Translations under genes and position numbers: made by a program
Notes under the pieces: generated by a model
Database searches by the model: none
What the model saw: only the letters and a program-made list of their open reading frames with translations
Told to the model about the DNA's origin: nothing
Shown here: in pieces, positions 38,041-47,200 of the stretch
Layout: every line of letters begins with the position of its first letter
How positions within the stretch are numbered: position 1 is the stretch's first letter
Assembly (NCBI GenBank): GCA_900769985.1
Contig: CAAGIS010000064.1
Location: 112,427-176,426, forward strand
Source of the DNA: Spirochaetia bacterium
GTDB lineage: Bacteria > Spirochaetota > Spirochaetia > Treponematales > Treponemataceae
DNA: 64,000 nucleotides
Direction of reading: 5' to 3'

Positions 38041-38087
38041 GTTAACACTGAAAAATCCTCAATAGGATTTATTCAGTGTTTCCATAG
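38041..38087 (-). repeat. ~45-bp palindromic dispersed element (family B, copy 3)
   Basis: Minus strand CTAT-GGAAACACTGAATAAATCCT-ATTG-AGGATTTTTCAGTGTTAAC. Confidence 0.9.
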
Positions 38088-38104
38088 AATAAATAATTAT
38101 ATCA

Positions 38105-39913
38105 TTACATATCCAAATCGGCAAGTTTTTGCAGGCAACTACGGACAGTTTTTTTTGTTGATTCATCATACTGTGGATAAAACAAATTGCTTAAAATTTT
38201 TTTTCCATGCGAAATAAATGCAGGTTTTCCCATAAAGCGGCAGATTTCACATACAGCCTCTGATGCTTTTTGCAAGACGGCTTTTTCCCTCGGGTTAGTG
38301 CGTTTTATAAGAAGTTCAATCTGCAAAAGAAGTTCACCGTTCGGGTCATAGGCAAACTGACAGATTCCGTCAAGAATTTTGATTATAAGAGTCCTGTCAG
38401 TTTCGGCACTTAAAAGCCGCACATATTCCTGCTGAAAAATTCCTGATTCAAAAAGGGGAATTATCCTCATTACATTTTCCATGTCAACGACAGAATATTC
38501 AGTTTTTATCAGATTTAACATATCTTTGTTAATTTCAGAACTTCTTGTATCCTGAATGTAAAAATCAATGACAGTAAAAATATCATTTGCTGTTTTCTTT
38601 TCTTTCTGTCCGTAATTTCCGTTTTTCATCATCAGGTAGATTTCATTTGAGAAAGCTGAACTTGAAGGGCGGAAATCTTTTTTACTTATAAAATAATTTT
38701 TAAAGCCCTTTTTTCTTGAAGAATTTTCGTTTGTTCTTGAAGCCGGCGTAATTTTAAAAGAATTGATTACCCAGTCTTCTGACAAAAAAGTAAGGAATCC
38801 AGTATTAATAAAAAAAACATAATCCCATTTATATTTTCCGTTTTTATCGGGAAGAACAAACTGCCTTATTTTATTCCCTGATAAACTATAAATTACGCAG
38901 TTTTTTGAATCTGAAAGTATGATTTTATCGCCGGCAGATTCCAGAATAAGAATGTCTTTGGCATTAATTTCTGAAACATCAAAAATTTTCTGACAGATTC
39001 CAGTCTGAACGTTTACGACAGCGGCTTTCCCGGAAGAAAAAAGAAGCCATAATGTTTCACTAATTTTTTTTGCACTGACATTTTCCGTAAAGCTAAAGGT
39101 ACTGTCAGCCCATTTTGAAAAGACTGGCAAAAAATCTTCAGAACTGTTATCGTTTTCTCTGCTAGCACTTTCATTTACGGCACACATTCCGATTCCACCG
39201 TTTTTAAAAACAAGTACAGTTCCATAATCAGTTGCAAAGCTTTTTGCAACGATTCCTTGAAATACAATTTCTTCAAGAACTGCTCCAAACGGACTTATCC
39301 TGACTGCACACGTTTTTCCTGCAGAGAGTTTTTCCAAAAACAACAGGACGCTGCCGTCATTTAAACTCTGCATTGGAAGTGAATTCTGATTTTCTGTCGT
39401 AATATTCCATTTTAAACTTCCGCCGATTCCATAACAGGCAAGGTTGTTTTTCCCCTGAATAAAAACCCTGTCGTCAAAGCAGACTAAAGGCTTTGATAAA
39501 GCATCAAACGGTAAATCATTTTTCCATAAAACAAGACCTGACGGATTAAGCAGAAAAAGCTGATTTTTTTCTGTAATCACATAGATAAAATCAGAATCAG
39601 TTATTGTAAGGAATTTTATTTTTGACACAATATTCGTATTCCATAGCAACTGTCCGTTTTTTAAATAGCATGCTAAAAACTTGTCTTCTTGAACTTCAAG
39701 AAAGCCGTAATCTGTCTGAACCGGGGTGCCGGAAGGCGAGCCTGTTAAAACTGCAAACCAGCTTCTGTCAAGGCTGTCAATTTTTATGGGAGCAGAACTT
39801 TCAGAAAGTGATTTTTCGATTGAATTGGCTGCTTGATTTGAATGTGTAATAAAGGGAAAAAGAGAGAAAATTATAGTTAAAAGTAAAAATTTGTATTCTT
39901 TTTTATACATCAT
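38105..39913 (-). CDS. Exported PQQ-like beta-propeller protein with a helical C-terminus
   Basis: Signal peptide after MMYKKE; repeated G.L.W blades (NGQLLW, SGLVLW, GSLKW). Start moved to avoid overlap with rlmD. Confidence 0.65.
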   Translation of the reverse strand: MMYKKEYKFLLLTIIFSLFPFITHSNQAANSIEKSLSESSAPIKIDSLDRSWFAVLTGSPSGTPVQTDYGFLEVQEDKFLACYLKNGQLLWNTNIVSKIKFLTITDSDFIYVITEKNQLFLLNPSGLVLWKNDLPFDALSKPLVCFDDRVFIQGKNNLACYGIGGSLKWNITTENQNSLPMQSLNDGSVLLFLEKLSAGKTCAVRISPFGAVLEEIVFQGIVAKSFATDYGTVLVFKNGGIGMCAVNESASRENDNSSEDFLPVFSKWADSTFSFTENVSAKKISETLWLLFSSGKAAVVNVQTGICQKIFDVSEINAKDILILESAGDKIILSDSKNCVIYSLSGNKIRQFVLPDKNGKYKWDYVFFINTGFLTFLSEDWVINSFKITPASRTNENSSRKKGFKNYFISKKDFRPSSSAFSNEIYLMMKNGNYGQKEKKTANDIFTVIDFYIQDTRSSEINKDMLNLIKTEYSVVDMENVMRIIPLFESGIFQQEYVRLLSAETDRTLIIKILDGICQFAYDPNGELLLQIELLIKRTNPREKAVLQKASEAVCEICRFMGKPAFISHGKKILSNLFYPQYDESTKKTVRSCLQKLADLDM

Positions 39914-39935
39914 AATAACATTTCTAAATAAAACC

Positions 39936-41135
39936 TTACTGAATTTCGAGAAAACACAGACTTTCAATATGGCTTGTCTGCGGATAAAAATCGAGAAGAT
40001 AAATTTTCTGCAATTTATAACCTGCATCAAGCAGTTTTTTTATGTCCCGTGCATTTGTAGAAGGTTCGCATGACAATACTCTCAAAGTCTTAGGCTTTGT
40101 TTCGCACAAAAACTCAAGCACTTCTTTTTCAATCCCGGAACGAGGAGGATCAATTACGGCTGCATCAAAATTGCCGTTTTGAGCGATGATTGAGCGTGCA
40201 TTCTGAGACGCCCACTTTGCGCCGCTGATTCCGTAGGACTCGTGATTTGTTCCAGAGAGATTCTGTTCTGCAAAAACGACTGCGGCTTTGTTATGTTCAA
40301 CAAGAGTAAGTTTTTCAAATTTATCTGCAAGAAAAACAGAAAAAGTACCGCAACCGCCGTACATATCGAGGACGTTTTTACCTGAAAGGTTTTCTGTCAT
40401 CAAGGTCACTGTTTTCTCGAGAACTTCAAGATTTGACTGAAAAAAGCCTTTTATATCAAACATTATTTTTTTTCCGCACAGTTCAACTGTGACGCATGTT
40501 TTTGGGTCTATCGTAATTCCCTGATATTTAGGCTTTATATAATGTTTTATTTTTTTGTTTTTGGGAATGCTTTCAGATTTTTCCTGCGGAAGTGCAATGG
40601 AAAAATCTGGTATTGCCTTTTCAGAACCAAAAATATGACAGCGACCGAAAGGGCGGTTTTTAAAATCTGTCGTCTTGAGATAATTGTTGACAGGATTTTC
40701 TGCAACAGGACAGTTTTTTATAAAAACTTTTTCGTTTGATTTTTTTGCTTCAAGTGCGCCGTCATGCAGCTGAAAACGCGCCCTGTAATTGAGACTTTTT
40801 CCTGTAACACATTCAACTGGCGGTAATTCGATTTTATTGCGCCTAAAACAGTCAGAAAGAATTTCTTTTCTAAGTTCAACCTGATAATCATAATCTATGT
40901 GCATTAAATTGCAGCCGCCGCATTTCTGATAGTTTTCACATACAGGCTGAATTCTTTTAGGCGACGGTTCGATTATTTTGACAATTTTTGCAATGTCATA
41001 ATCTTTTTTGGATTCTATGATTTCGACATCGAGTTTTTCGCCAGGCACTGCAAACGGAACAAAAATATTTTTTCCGTGCAATTTTGCCAAACAATTTCCC
41101 CCAAAAATCATTTTTTCTGTTATAATAATACTCAT
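39936..41135 (-). CDS. rlmD: RlmD/TrmA-family RNA m5U methyltransferase
   Basis: TRAM domain, C..YQKCGGC, FFQSN, DPPRSG, SCEP, DFYPQTSHIE. Confidence 0.85.
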   Translation of the reverse strand: MSIIITEKMIFGGNCLAKLHGKNIFVPFAVPGEKLDVEIIESKKDYDIAKIVKIIEPSPKRIQPVCENYQKCGGCNLMHIDYDYQVELRKEILSDCFRRNKIELPPVECVTGKSLNYRARFQLHDGALEAKKSNEKVFIKNCPVAENPVNNYLKTTDFKNRPFGRCHIFGSEKAIPDFSIALPQEKSESIPKNKKIKHYIKPKYQGITIDPKTCVTVELCGKKIMFDIKGFFQSNLEVLEKTVTLMTENLSGKNVLDMYGGCGTFSVFLADKFEKLTLVEHNKAAVVFAEQNLSGTNHESYGISGAKWASQNARSIIAQNGNFDAAVIDPPRSGIEKEVLEFLCETKPKTLRVLSCEPSTNARDIKKLLDAGYKLQKIYLLDFYPQTSHIESLCFLEIQ

Positions 41136-41184
41136 AATATTTTTATATTATAACAATTTTTTTTATTTATTGGGAGTGCTTATT

Positions 41185-42123
41185 ATGACTTCAAAAACTT
41201 TTTTTCAAACTATGTCAGACGGAACAGAAATCTGTGTAAATAGATGGATTCCTGATGCTGAACCAAAGGCAATCATTATAATATCACACGGAATGTCAGA
41301 ACATTCAATGCGCTATGACAAACTGGCTTCTTTTTTAGTAGACGAAGGTTTTTTAGTCAGCGCTCATGACCATCGCGGACACGGAAAAACTGCTCAGAAA
41401 CAGCTTGAAAACGGAAGCGTAGGGTTTGGTTATCTTGCAGACAAAAAAGGATTTGAGAAAGTCCGCGATGACATCAAGTCAATTGCACTGCAACTGAAGA
41501 CAGAGTTTCCTGATAAAAAAGTCTTTTTGCTCGGTCATTCTTTTGGTTCAATGGTTTCGCAAGGCTTTATTGAAAAATATTCTTCTGAAATTGACGGATG
41601 CATTTTGAGCGGTTCACGCGGTCCGCAAAGGCTTTTGATAAAATCGGCTTTGTTTGTATCTGACATACTGTATCTTCTAGGACAGAAAAAGAAGACTTCA
41701 AAATTTCTTGATCACCTTGCATTCGGTTCTTACAATAAAAAAATTGAAAACAAGCGTACAGAATTTGACTGGCTCACAAAGGACAATATGATTGTAGACA
41801 TGTACAATGCAGACCAGTGGTGCGGCTTTACTATGAAGACAGAATTTTTTCATGAACTTTTCAGAATGCTGAATATAATTCATAAAAAAGCAAATATGAA
41901 AAAAATTTCTAATGACCTGCCTGTTTATATCATTGCAGGAACTGATGACCCTGTAAGCAATTACGGAAAAACAGTTCAAAAACTCTATGAAATTTACAAG
42001 TCGAACGGAATAAAAGACTTAGAAATCAAATTATATGAAAATGACAGGCATGAGCTTTTTAATGAAACAGACTGCGAAGTAGTCATAAAAGATACGATTA
42101 CATGGCTTTTAAAACATCTGTAA
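41185..42123 (+). CDS. Alpha/beta hydrolase (lysophospholipase-like)
   Basis: HGMSEH, DHRGHG, GHSFG nucleophile motif, GTDDPV, RHE; SD GGGAG before 41185. Confidence 0.9.
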   Translation: MTSKTFFQTMSDGTEICVNRWIPDAEPKAIIIISHGMSEHSMRYDKLASFLVDEGFLVSAHDHRGHGKTAQKQLENGSVGFGYLADKKGFEKVRDDIKSIALQLKTEFPDKKVFLLGHSFGSMVSQGFIEKYSSEIDGCILSGSRGPQRLLIKSALFVSDILYLLGQKKKTSKFLDHLAFGSYNKKIENKRTEFDWLTKDNMIVDMYNADQWCGFTMKTEFFHELFRMLNIIHKKANMKKISNDLPVYIIAGTDDPVSNYGKTVQKLYEIYKSNGIKDLEIKLYENDRHELFNETDCEVVIKDTITWLLKHL

Positions 42124-42141
42124 AAATAGAGCAGGACACCA

Positions 42142-43026
42142 ATGACTTTACATCCAGATTATAATAGTCCGTCAGAAATTAAAAACTTTCTTGAATCTAA
42201 CGGACTTGCTATGCAGAAAAAGTTCGGACAGAATTTTCTGATAAATGAAAATGCGCGCAAAAGAATTATCGATGCCCTTGATATTACGGAAAATTCTTCC
42301 GTCTGGGAAGTAGGACCGGGGCTTGGCTGCATGACAGAAGAAATACTTTTAAGAGGGGCATCGTTAACTGCTTTTGAGATTGACAGAGGATTTGCAGAAT
42401 GTCTTAAAAACTTTTTTGACAGTTATGCAGAAAAATTTTCTCTTGTAGAAGGCGATGTTTTAAAAACATGGAAAAAAGAAAGAGCAGCTTTTTCTGAAAA
42501 AACAGGAAAAGAAAATCCTGACAGATTTTTTGGAAACCTGCCTTACAACATTGCGGCAACATTAATTGCAGATACAATAGAAAATCAAGTCCGCTTTGAC
42601 AAATGCGTTTTTACAGTCCAAAAAGAAGTTGCCAAAAGAATGACTGCAAAACCAGGAACGGAGGATTACTCATCGTTCAGCGTGTTGTGCTCATGGGCTT
42701 ATGACATAAACAATGTCATTGATCTTGCAGGAACAAATTTCTGGCCGAAACCTAATGTAGATTCGCGCGCCGTTCTGTTCACTAAAAAAGAAGGATTTCC
42801 TGACTGCGAAAATCCGAAACTGTTCTGTAAAATGCAGAGGTCGCTTTTCAGTTCAAGAAGGAAAAACGTAAAAAACAATCTTGGAATCTTTTTATCATCG
42901 GCAGAAAAAGCAGAATACGCGCTTGACAAAGCAAAAATTATGCCGTCACTGAGGGCAGAAGTACTGACACTTGAACAGATGCTGGTATTGTCTGATGTCC
43001 TTAATAAAGATATAATAACAAAGTAA
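42142..43026 (+). CDS. rsmA: 16S rRNA m6,2A dimethyltransferase
   Basis: KKFGQNFL, EVGPGLG, FEID, GNLPYNI, QKEVA.R. Confidence 0.95.
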   Translation: MTLHPDYNSPSEIKNFLESNGLAMQKKFGQNFLINENARKRIIDALDITENSSVWEVGPGLGCMTEEILLRGASLTAFEIDRGFAECLKNFFDSYAEKFSLVEGDVLKTWKKERAAFSEKTGKENPDRFFGNLPYNIAATLIADTIENQVRFDKCVFTVQKEVAKRMTAKPGTEDYSSFSVLCSWAYDINNVIDLAGTNFWPKPNVDSRAVLFTKKEGFPDCENPKLFCKMQRSLFSSRRKNVKNNLGIFLSSAEKAEYALDKAKIMPSLRAEVLTLEQMLVLSDVLNKDIITK

Positions 43027-43036
43027 AGGCATTTTT

Positions 43037-43738
43037 ATGGATATAAAAACTAATTTAGAAAATATAAACGCAAAAATTAACGAAGCATGCCAGAAAGCAG
43101 GCAGAAATCCGGCAGAAGTAAAGCTTGTTGCCGTAAGCAAATTTCATCCTGCAAAAGATGTCATTGATGCCATAAATTGCGGTCAGCTGCTGTTTGGCGA
43201 AAACAGAGTTCAGGAAGCAAAGGAAAAGTTTACCGAAATTTATAAATCATATCCGAAAGTTCAGCTTCATATTATAGGGACACTCCAGAGAAACAAAGTA
43301 AAGGATGCTGTTAAGATTGCAAGCTGCATTGAATCTGTCGACAGGGTTGAACTTCTGGAAGAGATTGAAAAACAGTGTGCGAAAATCGGAAAAAAAATTG
43401 AGGTTTTTTTGGAACTTCATACAGGCGAAGAAACTAAGTCCGGTTTTCCTGATTTTGATTCTTTAAAAAATACGGCAGAATTATTTATTCAGGATAAATT
43501 TCCTCATGTAACGCTAAGAGGGTTGATGACAATGGCGCCTTTTACGGAAGATAAAGATTTAATACGAAAGTCTTTTTCAACTTTAAAAGAGGCAAAGCAA
43601 AAAATAAACGCACTTTATCCTGCATTAAATCTGACGGAGCTTTCGATGGGAATGTCAAATGATTTTGAACTTGCAGTTGAAGAAGGTTCTACAATCGTAA
43701 GGATCGGGACAAGTATTTTCGGACCAAGAGTTTATTAA
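43037..43738 (+). CDS. yggS: PLP homeostasis protein (YggS family)
   Basis: LVAVSK, FGENRVQE, HIIGTLQRNK, LSMGMSND, VRIGTSIFG. Confidence 0.95.
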   Translation: MDIKTNLENINAKINEACQKAGRNPAEVKLVAVSKFHPAKDVIDAINCGQLLFGENRVQEAKEKFTEIYKSYPKVQLHIIGTLQRNKVKDAVKIASCIESVDRVELLEEIEKQCAKIGKKIEVFLELHTGEETKSGFPDFDSLKNTAELFIQDKFPHVTLRGLMTMAPFTEDKDLIRKSFSTLKEAKQKINALYPALNLTELSMGMSNDFELAVEEGSTIVRIGTSIFGPRVY

Positions 43739-43739
43739 A

Positions 43740-44273
43740 ATGAAAATCAGAAATATTTTTACTATTGTAATTTTGATTTTTCTTTCTGCTGATTTTTTTG
43801 CGCAGGCAGACAGTTCTGTCTCAAATTCAGCGGCAGAAAGTTCTATGCAGAATAAAAAAAGGGAAATGCCGTTGTGGTTAAAAGATGCGCGCGATACAGA
43901 AATCATAATGCTCGGTTCACTGCCTTTTGTTACGCTTGGCGTTACGCTCGGATATTCGTTTGTTAATTTTGTTCAGCATGATTTTAATTCAGCATATTTT
44001 GTAAATCCTTTTACAAAGGAAGGCTCGTTTACGCAGGACGAACAAATCGGCATTATAGTAACATCTTCGTTGATTTGCGCAGGAATCGGACTTACAAACC
44101 TTACGATAAACCTGATAAAGCGCGGAATCGAAAAAAAGAATAACCGACAGTTCCTGCAGGATAACATAAAAATTACTGTCATTGAAAATGAAATGAGCAT
44201 AATGCCTGTTCCGCAAAAATACAGACGAGAGAAAAAATATTTGTACGGAAATATGGAAAGTGCCGTTTTTTAA
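43740..44273 (+). CDS. Hypothetical membrane protein
   Basis: Signal peptide plus two TM segments; P.W..D.R..EII..GSLPF. Confidence 0.7.
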   Translation: MKIRNIFTIVILIFLSADFFAQADSSVSNSAAESSMQNKKREMPLWLKDARDTEIIMLGSLPFVTLGVTLGYSFVNFVQHDFNSAYFVNPFTKEGSFTQDEQIGIIVTSSLICAGIGLTNLTINLIKRGIEKKNNRQFLQDNIKITVIENEMSIMPVPQKYRREKKYLYGNMESAVF

Positions 44274-45225
44274 AAATACAGTTCCCGAAAATTTTGCAGA
44301 TTCTCAGCGTCTTGACAAATATATTGCCTCGCTAAAAGACGGAATTAACCGTTCAAAATTAAAATCATCTGCGACAGAAATTCTTGTCAACGGGAAAAAT
44401 GCAAGGCTGTCTTACAAAGTAAAGGCAAAAGACGTAATTGAAATTCAATGGGATGACAATATTCCGTCAGACATTGAGCCTGAAAACATTGCGTTGAAAA
44501 TCATTTACGAAGACGAAAACGTTACGGTCGTAAACAAAGAGCAGGGAATGGTAACTCATCCTGCTGCAGGAAACTGGAGCGGAACTTTAGTAAATGCACT
44601 TTTGTTCCACTGGAAAAAAGGAGCAATAGAACAAATAACTGACGATGACATTTCAAAAGTACTTGCAAACAGAAGACCGGGAATCGTTCACAGGCTTGAT
44701 AAAGACACTTCAGGCATTATAATTACCGCAAAAAATCAAGATGCAGAAAGCTGGCTTCAGGAACAGTTTATTACAAAAAATTTATGCAAGGAATATATTT
44801 TAATAACAAAAGGCCGCCCCAAAAAAACATCAGGGGATATTCAGACTCAAATTATACGCGATCCGAGGGACCGCAAAAAATACAAAGCCGTAACAGAAAC
44901 TGACAGCGGAAAATATGCTCGTACGCTATATAAGTGTATTGCTTTTTACGGAAATTATTCATTAATACGGGTCAGGTTAAAAACAGGACGAACTCATCAA
45001 ATCCGCGTTCACATGAAATTTATAGGATGTCCGATTCTTGGCGATCCGATTTATTCAAAAACAGATTCGGTTTTTCCGGATGCAACTTTAATGCTTCATT
45101 CAAGGCAGCTTGACATAAGGCTTCCCGGTGAAAGTGAATATACAAGATTTAAAGCTGAAATTCCTGAAAGATTCAAGTCTGTCATAAAAGTTCTTCAAAG
45201 CTCTTATAAAAAAGAAACTTTATGA
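44260..45225 (+). CDS. rluD: RluD-like pseudouridine synthase
   Basis: RLDKY S4 domain, HPAAG..GTLVNALL, RPGIVHRLDKDTSG, TGRTHQIRVH. Confidence 0.9.
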   Translation: MPFFKNTVPENFADSQRLDKYIASLKDGINRSKLKSSATEILVNGKNARLSYKVKAKDVIEIQWDDNIPSDIEPENIALKIIYEDENVTVVNKEQGMVTHPAAGNWSGTLVNALLFHWKKGAIEQITDDDISKVLANRRPGIVHRLDKDTSGIIITAKNQDAESWLQEQFITKNLCKEYILITKGRPKKTSGDIQTQIIRDPRDRKKYKAVTETDSGKYARTLYKCIAFYGNYSLIRVRLKTGRTHQIRVHMKFIGCPILGDPIYSKTDSVFPDATLMLHSRQLDIRLPGESEYTRFKAEIPERFKSVIKVLQSSYKKETL

Positions 45226-46019
45226 CACATCAGGTAATTCTTATAAAACAGTGTGAGCCTATTATGGAACAAAAGAACGGAATAAAAATTATTGCCTCTC
45301 CTGACAGTCAGAATCCTTTTATAGTTGCCTGTAAGCCAAAAGGAATTCCTAGTGCTCCTTTATCTGCTGATGATAAAAACAATGCCCTTTATTTTGTTTC
45401 AGAACTTTTTCCGGAAGTAAAATCAGTTTCAGGAAAAAAAACTGTTGAATATGGTCTTGTCCACCGCATTGATACTGCAACTGACGGACTTCTGCTCATT
45501 GCAGCAACACAAGAGGCGTATGATTTTTTTATTGAGCAGCAGAAAAACAACCTGTTTATAAAACGGTATAAGGCTGTATGTGATTTTACTGGAAACATAC
45601 AGAAAACAAAAGACGGCTTTCCTTACTGCGCTGAATATCAAAAACTTAAAAAACTTAAAACAGGCGAAATCTTTTGTTTTACGCAGCAAAGTTTATTCAG
45701 ACCGTTCGGCATAAAAGGAAAAGAAGTCAGACCTGTTACGCAAGATTCAAGTGACAGAATTTTAAAAAAAGCTGGTACAAGACTTTATACGACAGAAATC
45801 CGGCTTGAAAAAAAAGAAAATTCATATTCTGCCATATGCGAAATTACAAACGGCTACAGACATCAAGTAAGGTGTCATCTTGCTTGGAGTGGAATTGCTA
45901 TAAAAGGAGATTTGATTTATAACCCATTTTCAAAAGAAGGACAGGAATTTTCATTTACTGCGTTTCAACTTGAGTTTGCTCATCCGCTGACAAAAAAGAT
46001 TTTAAAATTCAGTATATAA
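45222..46019 (+). CDS. RluA-family pseudouridine synthase (no S4 domain)
   Basis: KPKG, GLVHRIDTATDG, GYRHQVRCHL, GD.IY. Confidence 0.85.
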   Translation: MTHQVILIKQCEPIMEQKNGIKIIASPDSQNPFIVACKPKGIPSAPLSADDKNNALYFVSELFPEVKSVSGKKTVEYGLVHRIDTATDGLLLIAATQEAYDFFIEQQKNNLFIKRYKAVCDFTGNIQKTKDGFPYCAEYQKLKKLKTGEIFCFTQQSLFRPFGIKGKEVRPVTQDSSDRILKKAGTRLYTTEIRLEKKENSYSAICEITNGYRHQVRCHLAWSGIAIKGDLIYNPFSKEGQEFSFTAFQLEFAHPLTKKILKFSI

Positions 46020-46043
46020 AATGAAAGGAAAACTGAAAAGTTA

Positions 46044-46127
46044 TGCCCGAAAGGAGACTCGAACTCCTACAAGATTGCTCTTACTAGCACCTGAAGCTAG
46101 CGTGTCTACCAATTTCACCATTCGGGC
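46044..46127 (-). tRNA. tRNA-Leu (CAG), CCA not encoded
   Basis: Reverse complement has a GCCCGAA/TTCGGGC acceptor stem, a CTAGC-TTCAGGT-GCTAG anticodon arm, a long variable arm and a GTTCGAGT T-loop. Confidence 0.95.
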
Positions 46128-46137
46128 GATTGAAAAT

Positions 46138-46166
46138 ATAATAACAGATATAAAAAAAATATTCAA
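46138..46166 (-). promoter_or_regulatory. Promoter of tRNA-Leu
   Basis: TTGAAT-17 nt-TATTAT with extended -10 TG. Confidence 0.6.
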
Positions 46167-46199
46167 TGCAGTTTGAATAGTAAATTCAAAAAAATTGCT

Positions 46200-46589
46200 T
46201 TAATAAGAACAGCGCATAAATAAAATAATCATGACCACAAGAAGCAGAAAAGTCAGGCAGTAAATCCATACAGGAAGAGAAAAATTATTTTTTGTATTGA
46301 CTGACTTTTTAGCTTTGGCTTTGTGCAGATAAAAATGATTTTTTCCTGTCTGAATATCTGATGTATAATTAAAATCCTTTTTTAAATTTGAACTAGTTTT
46401 TGAACTGTTTTGTTTTTCTGCATAGCCGCAAGAAGGACAACCGTTTATAAAAGAATGAGCAGAACCGACTTTTCCGCAGGACGGGCAACGGACTGCAGAA
46501 AAAAAACGTCCGCATTTTTTACAAAATCGTGCATTCTGAGCAACTTCTTCGCCACAATTTTCACAAAAGAATTTTGCCTGTTTTTTCAT
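46200..46589 (-). CDS. Double zinc-ribbon protein with a C-terminal TM helix
   Basis: CENC, CKKC, CPSC, CPSC and a hydrophobic C-terminus. Confidence 0.8.
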   Translation of the reverse strand: MKKQAKFFCENCGEEVAQNARFCKKCGRFFSAVRCPSCGKVGSAHSFINGCPSCGYAEKQNSSKTSSNLKKDFNYTSDIQTGKNHFYLHKAKAKKSVNTKNNFSLPVWIYCLTFLLLVVMIILFMRCSY

Positions 46590-46594
46590 AATTA

Positions 46595-47200
46595 TTAAAT
46601 TACCTGAATTTCCAGTTTTTTATTATCTTCTGATTTTGACAGAATTTTTGCCTTTACATATTGTATCGAATTTTTATTTTTTATCGTTGCGTGCGTAATT
46701 TCTTCATCTGTTTTTAGAGAACTGACTAATGACGGCAAATCAGGAATAAAAGAAATAATGTGTTTTTCAAATTTTAAAACGCGGCCGGTAATAAACGCGC
46801 CTGATTCCTTGTTAGTAAAAATAAGTGAAACAGGTTTATTGTTTCCCGAAAGAATATCTGCAAGTTCTTTTAATCCTTCGCTTTCAACAGAATAAAATAT
46901 TCCGTCAATGCCAAGAATTTCTGATTTTTTTATGTCTTCTTCTGAAAAATCACGTTCTGAATATAAAATAATTTTCGGAACAAAACCTGTGATTTCGCTT
47001 TTTGCAAACTGGGCAAGTGTTTTCCAGTGACGCGGATAGCTTGAAGCACTTACGATTATTGCTTCCGGTGAGATTTCTTCGATATTATCAAGAGCTTTTA
47101 ATAGCCAGCGATATGTAATTACATCAAATCCATCATCAGATAGTGCAGTCTGAATTTTTTTTATTACATCATCATCGTCTGCAATTAATAAGGCTTTCAT
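46595..47200 (-). CDS. Receiver-like domain protein (no obvious phosphoacceptor Asp) with a C-terminal beta domain
   Basis: MKALLIADDD..GFDVI..KALD REC-like start; AIIVSAS at the usual Asp position. Confidence 0.55.
   Translation of the reverse strand: MKALLIADDDDVIKKIQTALSDDGFDVITYRWLLKALDNIEEISPEAIIVSASSYPRHWKTLAQFAKSEITGFVPKIILYSERDFSEEDIKKSEILGIDGIFYSVESEGLKELADILSGNNKPVSLIFTNKESGAFITGRVLKFEKHIISFIPDLPSLVSSLKTDEEITHATIKNKNSIQYVKAKILSKSEDNKKLEIQVI

Noticed and set aside
39914..40030. N-terminal extension of the 641-aa ORF
   Set aside because: Overlaps rlmD; the signal peptide begins at 39913.
41008..41184. N-terminal extension of the hydrolase ORF
   Set aside because: Overlaps rlmD antisense; the SD and family start are at 41185.
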